Source of the DNA: a virus
Lineage: Duplodnaviria > Caudoviricetes
Strand: one strand, 5' to 3'
DNA: 63,582 nucleotides
Virus record (IMG/VR): IMGVR_UViG_3300036846_000316
Span: 1-63,582 of that record
Shown: piece after piece, positions 57,154 to 63,582 of the stretch
Layout of the letters: the number at the start of each line of letters is the position of its first letter
Numbering within the stretch: the stretch's first letter is position 1
The notes under the pieces: generated by a model
What the model saw: the letters and a program-made list of their open reading frames with translations, nothing else
Told to the model about the DNA's origin: nothing
The model's database searches: none
Program-made: the position numbers and the translations under genes

Positions 57154-57513
57154 ATGAACACGACAATCAAGCCAAGGAAGATGACCGTTGCCGAGGTCAG
57201 GAAGAAGTTCGGCATCAGCGTACCCGACGCGGTCGGCGCGCTGCAGAAGGAGCACATGGCGGCGATCATCATCTCTGCCACGGGCGAAGCCCAGATGGTC
57301 GATTGGCTGCGCGCAGTGATGCCGACCAAGGTCGGCATGATCGTCGGCGTGATCACCGAGCCAGTCACGCCCGAGCCCGTGCTGACCGGCCAGAAGGCGC
57401 ATGCCGCCATCAACGAGGCGCGCAGCGAAGCCCGCCTGTTCATCGACCGGCCAACCACCGAGACGCGTCATCGTCTGCAGTTGGCGATCAAGAAGCTGGA
57501 GAACACGCTGTGA
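57154..57513 (+). CDS. Hypothetical protein
   Basis: GAGGA RBS. Confidence 0.65.
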   Translation: MNTTIKPRKMTVAEVRKKFGISVPDAVGALQKEHMAAIIISATGEAQMVDWLRAVMPTKVGMIVGVITEPVTPEPVLTGQKAHAAINEARSEARLFIDRPTTETRHRLQLAIKKLENTL

Positions 57514-57818
57514 TCGTCACCAAGGACTACGACGGTCGCTCGATCTATGGCGTCGGACCGAAGCAATCGGGCGTCGCCTACACCATCGTGCTGAACAAGG
57601 CACACGACAGCGAGGACTGCACCTATGTGCTGTTCTATCCGACACGGCTCAACGCCAACGGCAAACGCTGCTGGAAAGACAACGAGCAACTGTACAGCGA
57701 GCGCGACTATCGCTGGATCGAACGCATCGTCATCGCCTACCAACAGGGCGAGCAACGCGCACGCGAGGACGCCGAAGGCTGGACGTCCGATGCCAACGTG
57801 GCGAAGCTCAAGGCATGA
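57510..57818 (+). CDS. Hypothetical protein
   Basis: GTGA coupling, GGAG RBS. Confidence 0.55.
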   Translation: MIVTKDYDGRSIYGVGPKQSGVAYTIVLNKAHDSEDCTYVLFYPTRLNANGKRCWKDNEQLYSERDYRWIERIVIAYQQGEQRAREDAEGWTSDANVAKLKA

Positions 57819-58150
57819 AATGGTTGGCTGCGATCCTGATCGTGCTGGCCTGCAATACCGAGTGCAAGGCGGCTGATCCTGTACCGATCAGGCGGGATTG
57901 CCCGGCATGGAAGCCAACGCGCAGCCGCGAGGTCACGCTGGCCTTTCAGCGGCTGCATCCCTGTCCGGCAACCGGGCTGCGCTACGGCGCATGCCCGGGA
58001 TACCAGAAGGATCACATCGTCGCGCTGTGTCGGATGGGACCTGACACGGTGGAGAACCTGCAGTGGCTGACCATCGCAGAGCATGAGCGCAAGACCGTGC
58101 ACGACATTCAGTTGTGCAAGGAATACCGACGTGAACATCACTGCAACTGA
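57815..58150 (+). CDS. HNH-like nuclease with signal-peptide-like N-terminus
   Basis: MKWLAAILIVLAC; F...HPCPATG...GACPGY..DHIVAL...GPD...NLQW.....H..KT. Confidence 0.75.
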   Translation: MKWLAAILIVLACNTECKAADPVPIRRDCPAWKPTRSREVTLAFQRLHPCPATGLRYGACPGYQKDHIVALCRMGPDTVENLQWLTIAEHERKTVHDIQLCKEYRREHHCN

Positions 58151-58393
58151 GAAGGAGTTGGAAAGTGATAAGGTTCCTGATCGGCTGCGCCCTGATCCCG
58201 TTCGCACTGCTCGGGATCGCCAGCCTAATCATCGTGATCGCCGCGTTGTGCGGCGTTCCGATCAAGTAAGCACTCAGAATTTTGGCGTCTCGCGAGCGGG
58301 GGCGGAGCCCACGTATAGCGAGCGAGCGTAAGTGTACAGGTGTACCGGGCCACGCGGAACAGTGGATGCAATGTAAACTGATTGGATACTAAA

Positions 58394-59110
58394 ATGTCTA
58401 CCAAGATGGTACGGCGGGCAATGCTGCTCGCATTGATGGGAATGGTCCCTGCAGTGGCCCTTGCGAAGGGCGGTGGAGGCTCAGGTGGTGGCTCTGGTGG
58501 CGCTGGCGGTGGCAGCGGTGGCAGCGGTGGTGGCGGTTCGGGCGGCAGCGGCGGGAGCGGTGGCGGCTCGGGCGGCGGCTCAGGCGGCGGTGGAGGCGGA
58601 TCGGGTGGCGGCTCTGGCGGGTCTGGTTCCGGTGGTTCGGGCGGCTCCGGTGGCGGCTCGGGCGGCGGTGGTGGCAGCGGTGGCGGCTCAGGTGGCGGTG
58701 GAGGCGGCTCGGGCGGCGGTTCAGGCGGCGCTGGTGGCGCTGGTGGCGGTAGCGGTGGCGGCGGCTCTGGCGGTGGGTCCGGCGGCGGCTCAGGTGGCAG
58801 CGGGTCCGGTGGATCAGGAGGCGGCGGTGGCGGCGGCTCAGGCGGCGCTGGCGGTGGTGGCAGTGGCTCTGGTGGCGGCTCTGGCGGTGCTGGCAGCGGC
58901 GGCGGCGGGGCTGGCGCTGGTGGCGGAGGCTCGGGATCGGGCGCGTCCGGCGGCGCTGGCAGCGGCGGCGCTGGTGCTGCTGGCGGCACTGGCTCTGCTA
59001 GTGGCGGCGCTTCTGCCAGCAGTTCATCTAGTGGCAGCGCGGCTGACGGAGTGAACGACGTCAACGCCTACTTCAGGCAGCGTCGCTATCGTCTGTCGGT
59101 CCCGCAATAA
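58394..59110 (+). CDS. Exported Gly/Ser-rich low-complexity protein
   Basis: RR-containing signal peptide ending ALA, then about 190 aa almost entirely G/S/A. Confidence 0.7.
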   Translation: MSTKMVRRAMLLALMGMVPAVALAKGGGGSGGGSGGAGGGSGGSGGGGSGGSGGSGGGSGGGSGGGGGGSGGGSGGSGSGGSGGSGGGSGGGGGSGGGSGGGGGGSGGGSGGAGGAGGGSGGGGSGGGSGGGSGGSGSGGSGGGGGGGSGGAGGGGSGSGGGSGGAGSGGGGAGAGGGGSGSGASGGAGSGGAGAAGGTGSASGGASASSSSSGSAADGVNDVNAYFRQRRYRLSVPQ

Positions 59111-59133
59111 CCTCGAACGTTGCGCCCCGGGCA

Positions 59134-59150
59134 TCACGCCCGGGGCGTGA
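59134..59150. repeat. 17-bp palindrome (copy 18), preceded by a partial copy
   Basis: GCGCCCCGGGCA then TCACGCCCGGGGCGTGA. Confidence 0.95.
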
Positions 59151-59306
59151 CAACGCGACAAGGAGACAGGCAATGACAATGCGAAAGCTAGTGATCGGCT
59201 GGGCGTTGAACGCAGCGGCCATCGTCGCGTTCTTCATGTTCTGGATCATCGTCGGCATCGCCAAGGTGGACTGGAGCGTGATGACCTACATCCATGGGGG
59301 GCCGCG

Positions 59307-59516
59307 ATGAGAAGCATCCGGCCACCGCACTTCGACATATGGTTCTGGCTACTGGTCGTGTGGTCGTTCCTCGTGCCGTACCTCTATGACGCGGGTCACG
59401 CTCGAAGCTGTAGCGAACGTGGTCAGGTCACGTTCTACACCATCACGTCGTGGTGGACCGACGACGAGATCACGACGTTCAAGTGCAGCCCGGCACCGCA
59501 GGGAGAACAGCTATGA
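59307..59516 (+). CDS. Small membrane protein
   Basis: Hydrophobic N-terminal segment. Confidence 0.5.
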   Translation: MRSIRPPHFDIWFWLLVVWSFLVPYLYDAGHARSCSERGQVTFYTITSWWTDDEITTFKCSPAPQGEQL

Positions 59517-59729
59517 ACTGGATCGTTGAGATACTGTGGGCCATCGAACTGCACATCATGTTCAAGCGCTGGCTCGACATCCGCAAGATCGACAAGTCGT
59601 GGCTTGACGACCTCGACATGCGGCGAACGTGGGTACGCATGAACATGCGCTTGGGCGATCACGCATCGCACAGGATCACGGCACTCAGGCAATCTGGCGC
59701 AACGCCGTGCATCAAGGGAGGAGACGACG

Positions 59730-59930
59730 ATGAACCAAGAGTTGGTCGGCAAACGCATTCGACTGACAGCGATGGTCGATCTTGATCCGATCCCGGTCGG
59801 CAGTGAAGGCGAGGTCACATGGGTCAACCGTGTGCCGTCGCTCGGCTTCACCCAGATCGCGGTGAAGTGGGACAATGGCAGGACGCTGATGCTCAGCATC
59901 CCGCCCGACAAGTACGAGGTCGTGCCATGA
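59730..59930 (+). CDS. DUF4314-like SH3-fold protein
   Basis: G.RIRL..M.D..PIP.G..G.V..V.....QI.V.WDNG..L.L. Confidence 0.75.
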   Translation: MNQELVGKRIRLTAMVDLDPIPVGSEGEVTWVNRVPSLGFTQIAVKWDNGRTLMLSIPPDKYEVVP

Positions 59931-60066
59931 AGGAATTGATCATGACGGCGTTGACGTTGGTAGCGTTCTGGTTGCTTGCCGAAGCGATAGACCTGATGTC
60001 ACCGACGCCGAGCCGCGTGATCAGCGACGTCGAGCCGGTGGCATTCATCAAGCAAGGGAGCAACTG

Positions 60067-60294
60067 ATGAACTATCTTTTATGGCTTGGTTTTTGGATCA
60101 TCGTTGCGGTGATCGTCGACCTGCGGTCGAACCGGAAGCATCGACTGCCGCCACCTCCTGCGCCGCCTGCGCAGCCGTACCAACCGACCTTCGGTCCGCC
60201 GGGTCGCTACGTGCACAAGGGCAATTACCACAACCGATACTGGACATCGGGCAATCTCAACAAGATCGCCCCATGGGAAAATCACAAACGTTGA
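60067..60294 (+). CDS. Small membrane-anchored protein
   Basis: N-terminal TM segment, Pro-rich linker. Confidence 0.55.
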   Translation: MNYLLWLGFWIIVAVIVDLRSNRKHRLPPPPAPPAQPYQPTFGPPGRYVHKGNYHNRYWTSGNLNKIAPWENHKR

Positions 60295-60348
60295 CGCCGT
60301 CGCCGTACGGCGACGATGTAACAACGGCGCGGACAGCGCCCGGGGCAA

Positions 60349-60365
60349 TCACGCCCGGGGCGTGA
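60349..60365. repeat. 17-bp palindrome (copy 19), preceded by a partial copy
   Basis: CGCCCGGGGCAA then TCACGCCCGGGGCGTGA. Confidence 0.95.
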
Positions 60366-60417
60366 CGTGAGTAGCGTAAGCGTACAGCGTACCAACCTCA
60401 AAATGTGGAGTGTCAAA

Positions 60418-60942
60418 ATGTGTGAAGGTTCGATCCATGTCGCACACCGGCAGGCCAAGGAACAGGAGACCTTGGTCGTGCAGACGATCCCCCACCACGG
60501 GATCAAGGGCTACTACCCGGCCGATGGCCAGCCCAACAGCAAGCTGGTCTGCATCCGGGGCATCACCAAGGACGCCGTGATCCACGAACTGCGGATCATG
60601 GAAGGTCAGCGCTGCCCGCGCGGCTTCGAGAAGTATGTCGGGCAGAAGAACCTCAAGGTCACGCTGATCCATGCGGGCTACGCCGACTGGATCGTGTTCG
60701 GTGACGACAACGTCAACGATGCGAATAAGCGGCTCGCGCTCGGCTTCGTCGCCGACGGCGTGCGCGTCGACATCGGCATCCCGGCGATCACCGGGGACAA
60801 GGGCGTCGACGCGGTCAAGGCCGCGCTCGTCGAGCAGGACAAGATCGGCGTCGAGAAGACCGGTCTCAGCATGACCGCGAACGCGATCCGCAAGCGGCTC
60901 GCGCGGTTCAATGCCAAGGTCAAGGCGCAGGCCAAGGTCTAG
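60418..60942 (+). CDS. Hypothetical protein
   Basis: GGAG RBS before MCEGS. Confidence 0.7.
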   Translation: MCEGSIHVAHRQAKEQETLVVQTIPHHGIKGYYPADGQPNSKLVCIRGITKDAVIHELRIMEGQRCPRGFEKYVGQKNLKVTLIHAGYADWIVFGDDNVNDANKRLALGFVADGVRVDIGIPAITGDKGVDAVKAALVEQDKIGVEKTGLSMTANAIRKRLARFNAKVKAQAKV

Positions 60943-60956
60943 CACTCAAACGCGAT

Positions 60957-60985
60957 GGGTGGGGCGGCTTCGGCCGCCCCATTCA
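60957..60985 (+). terminator. UUCG-loop hairpin, terminator-like
   Basis: TGGGGCGGC-TTCG-GCCGCCCCA; weak U-tract. Confidence 0.55.
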
Positions 60986-61050
60986 TTAGAAACTGACTTG
61001 CATATGAATACTAATGTAGTAATATCCAGTCACTCAAACGGAGGACGACA

Positions 61051-61890
61051 ATGTCAGTGGCCAAGGCACACGCGGCGATGACCAGCCCACTATCGACCCC
61101 GTCACCGCACGACAATCTCGAACCCTTCAGGCAAAGCTTCTTCGACCAGTGTGAACAGTTCGGCAGCAACGCCGGGGCAGGTGACACGTCGAAGGTTGGC
61201 TGGTTTCAGGCGACATGTGAAGCGGCGTGGCAAGGCTACGTGTCGCCGGGCGCGCGCCGCAAGCCGGGCGATCCGCCCAACGATGCCGAGATCGCCTACA
61301 CGCGCTACGCCAACGCCCGCCAGAAGAAAGCGGGCGAGTTGGGCCGCAAGCTGCAGGGTGCCGATCCCAAGAACACCGACTATCGTACGCGGGTCAACGA
61401 AGCCAACACCATGATCAAGCTGGGCTCGATGCCAATCATCCACGACACCGATCAGGGTGGGCTGGGCGTGTTCAATCGCACGCTGCAGATCATCCGCACG
61501 ACCGAGGAGATCAAGGGTCAGGTCGACGACATGCTGCTCAACATTGCGCGCGCCCAGTTCGACAAGCCCGACGTGCCGCTCAATGACGACGAGATCAGGC
61601 AGGTGCTGATCCCCGAGAAGGAGGACGACAAGCCGCCGACGCCCGAGGTCGAACTGTGGGGTAACGTGATGCGCCAGATCGAGAGCATCATGCACAAGAA
61701 ATTCCCCGAGACGTCGGGCACCAGTCAGGATGCCAAGACGGCACTCAATGCCACGATCCGCCAGATCGACAAGCTGGGTGGCACGGCGGCCATGGCCAAG
61801 GCGCGCGCCAAGGCGGCAGAGAAGGACGCCAAGGACAAGGCGGCGCGGCAGGTGCAGCGGCAAGGCGCGCGAAAAGGTAAAAAGAAGTAA
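61051..61890 (+). CDS. Hypothetical protein with basic C-terminus
   Basis: GGAGG RBS; AT-rich promoter-like sequence at about 60998-61025. Confidence 0.75.
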   Translation: MSVAKAHAAMTSPLSTPSPHDNLEPFRQSFFDQCEQFGSNAGAGDTSKVGWFQATCEAAWQGYVSPGARRKPGDPPNDAEIAYTRYANARQKKAGELGRKLQGADPKNTDYRTRVNEANTMIKLGSMPIIHDTDQGGLGVFNRTLQIIRTTEEIKGQVDDMLLNIARAQFDKPDVPLNDDEIRQVLIPEKEDDKPPTPEVELWGNVMRQIESIMHKKFPETSGTSQDAKTALNATIRQIDKLGGTAAMAKARAKAAEKDAKDKAARQVQRQGARKGKKK

Positions 61891-61892
61891 CG

Positions 61893-62100
61893 AGGTCTGA
61901 CGCCCGTCCGCCTACAGACGGACAGACCAAGCAATGCCCGGCTGGGGATAAGACCGAGAAGCCGGGTGTGGATGGGGGTGGCGAGTAGCCGTCTAAGGGG
62001 ATCACATCCCGATGACGTTAGCCACCCCCGTTCGTGGTCACGCACTCGGCGCAGGTATGCGCCGACGTGTACAACGGGGCGTTCACGCCCCGGGCGTGAC
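61893..62100 (+). ncRNA. Candidate structured non-coding RNA
   Basis: Four consecutive stem-loops in the intergenic gap; no family recognised. Confidence 0.35.
62083..62099. repeat. 17-bp palindrome (copy 20)
   Basis: Exact. Confidence 0.95.
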
Positions 62101-62132
62101 ATGTGAACCCAATGACAAGTGAGGATTGTACA

Positions 62133-62690
62133 ATGCAGGCCAAGCCAGCAACCAAGGAGTTCGTCGAATGGCTCCGCAAGAATGTCGGCGAGTTGATCCC
62201 GATGACCAAGAAGCTGATCGCCAGTGGTGAGCCGCATGTGCCCGCGCTGTTCGTCTTCCCCAAGGACGGCGAACTCAGCGTGCAGATCATGTCGATGGCT
62301 CCGTTCTTCGAGGCCGGGACAGAAGGCAAGGACTTGGTGTCGATGCTCCATCAGAAGGTCGGCGAGGACGATGAGGTCGAGTGCGCCGTGCTGGTGGTCG
62401 AAGCCTACGTGATCCACGCCAAGATCAACGACCCGCGCGCCAAGGAGATCGACATGACCAAGTCTCTCGCCGATCACCCAATGCGGGAAGAAGCGGTGAC
62501 GTTCAACGCCATCAACCATGGCATGCAGTTGATCGCGACCTACATCATCAAGCGACCGGACAACACGATCAACGACACATGGGATCACCTGATGGACCCG
62601 CGCGTCGGCATCCTCGAAGGCGAGGGGGCGGGCGAAGGCGTGACCGCTGCCGTCGGTCGCATGGTGCTGGACGACCGCAACATTCACTAG
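62133..62690 (+). CDS. Hypothetical protein
   Basis: GAGGA RBS before MQAKP. Confidence 0.7.
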   Translation: MQAKPATKEFVEWLRKNVGELIPMTKKLIASGEPHVPALFVFPKDGELSVQIMSMAPFFEAGTEGKDLVSMLHQKVGEDDEVECAVLVVEAYVIHAKINDPRAKEIDMTKSLADHPMREEAVTFNAINHGMQLIATYIIKRPDNTINDTWDHLMDPRVGILEGEGAGEGVTAAVGRMVLDDRNIH

Positions 62691-62700
62691 GGGGGCTGCG

Positions 62701-62907
62701 ATGATACTCGTTTGGATACTACTGTTCATCGTCATCGTGCTGGCCGGTGCGGTGGTCGGCATGGGGTTCAAGATGCAACGCATGGAGGAGACGCAGCAGG
62801 CGATCATGGACTGGCTGATCGTCGAGTTCCGCAACAGCCGCAAGCCGCAGTACTCGCTGAAGATCGGCGACAAGGTCATCATCCCGGGGGCGATCAATGA
62901 GCGTTGA
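62701..62907 (+). CDS. Small membrane protein
   Basis: N-terminal TM segment. Confidence 0.55.
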   Translation: MILVWILLFIVIVLAGAVVGMGFKMQRMEETQQAIMDWLIVEFRNSRKPQYSLKIGDKVIIPGAINER

Positions 62908-63154
62908 CGACTATCCCCTGCGCGCCAAGGACGGGCTGGCGATCACCGTGACCGAGACCTACCTGAAGCTGGTCGACCTCACGGTAGCGACGCAGAACCC
63001 CAACACGCTGCGTCTGTTCATGGACATGATGAACGTGCCCGGCGAGGATCGGCTGGCCTTCCTCGAATGCCTGTCGGACCGCAAGGCCCGGCTGCAGGAC
63101 ACGTTGCGCCAGCAGATCAGCATGGTCGCCACCTTGAAGCGTCAAGCGCAATGA
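62897..63154 (+). CDS. Hypothetical protein
   Basis: Overlapping operon packing. Confidence 0.55.
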   Translation: MSVDDYPLRAKDGLAITVTETYLKLVDLTVATQNPNTLRLFMDMMNVPGEDRLAFLECLSDRKARLQDTLRQQISMVATLKRQAQ

Positions 63155-63435
63155 AGGATTACCCGATCCCGACCTGCTTCTGCTTGAAGTGTGGCCACAC
63201 CTTCGACCGCAGCAGCAACCTGACCGGCAGGGGATCGCCCGACCCGGGCGATCTCACGCTCTGCATCCAGTGCGGCAGCATGCTGAAGTTCAACGCCGAC
63301 ATGACGGTGGGCTTGGTCGACGAGGCGACCGAGCTACGCGATATGCCTATCGAGAAGCGCGCCTTCATCGAGAAGGCGAAGTGGGCCATCGACATGGCCC
63401 GTCACATGCACCCACCAAAGGAGACGAAACACTAA
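63151..63435 (+). CDS. Zn-ribbon protein
   Basis: CLKCGH...P.PGD.TLCIQCG; ATGA coupling. Confidence 0.65.
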   Translation: MKDYPIPTCFCLKCGHTFDRSSNLTGRGSPDPGDLTLCIQCGSMLKFNADMTVGLVDEATELRDMPIEKRAFIEKAKWAIDMARHMHPPKETKH

Positions 63436-63582
63436 CAGCACTCAGCAAGCGTAAACGTAAACGTAAACGTAAAACGTTGGAGGAACTAATGTCTAAAGTG
63501 AAAAGAGGAACCAATGGGATTGATCTATATCGGAATGGCCTTGATCGCCATCTTGGGGATGGGGGGCGGGGTGGTCGGCTAT
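63385..63582. repeat. Terminal direct repeat, right copy
   Basis: Matches 1-192 plus one extra CGTAAA. Confidence 0.95.

Noticed and set aside
58225-59064. Pro-rich 279-aa minus-strand ORF
   Set aside because: Antisense of the Gly/Ser-rich gene, which has a signal peptide and matches the local gene orientation.
1157-62099. 17-bp repeat as a CRISPR array, IS ends or MITE
   Set aside because: Copies are dispersed kilobases apart, with no regular spacers, no cas operon or transposase and no target-site duplications.
1-63582. Lysogeny or partition module (integrase, CI repressor, ParA/ParB)
   Set aside because: No recombinase, S24 peptidase or ParA motifs were recognised, so lifestyle cannot be assigned.

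Overview
Apparently complete, circularly permuted ~63.4 kb GC-rich tailed dsDNA phage genome. Bases 63385-63582 repeat bases 1-192. The layout is podovirus-like. The host is probably alphaproteobacterial, inferred from a ChvI-like wHTH gene, a DUF3309 gene, a tRNA-His without G-1 and GANTC depletion. The + strand (54.8 kb through the join to 18.9 kb) carries small early genes, a MoxR AAA / DUF2201-vWA pair and replication genes (PolA, PD-(D/E)XK nuclease, VRR-NUC, SNF2 helicase, SSB-like, primase-helicase). The - strand (46.9 to 18.9 kb) carries morphogenesis genes (portal, scaffold, major capsid, fibres, adaptors, nozzle, GNAT, three ejection-type proteins). The terminase pair is transcribed divergently from the portal. 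A - strand accessory block (54.5 to 48.9 kb) holds a J-like protein, a degenerate GIY-YIG protein, tRNA-His, a DUF2829/Tad2-like gene, an M15 endolysin, a DHH phosphoesterase, a beta-helix protein and a gp49/66-family gene. No integrase or CRISPR array was recognised. Main unexplained signals: (1) a 17-bp palindrome TCACGCCC[C/G]GGGCGTGA in 20 copies, at gene junctions and inside core genes; (2) a shared x-x-GG-x-[VI] / FAxGG peptide motif in at least 7 proteins of the morphogenesis module; (3) a candidate anti-defence cluster against nucleotide signalling; (4) an AT-rich, nested-symmetric putative origin; (5) a multi-hairpin intergenic ncRNA candidate. All assignments come from motif recognition by eye; no searches were run.
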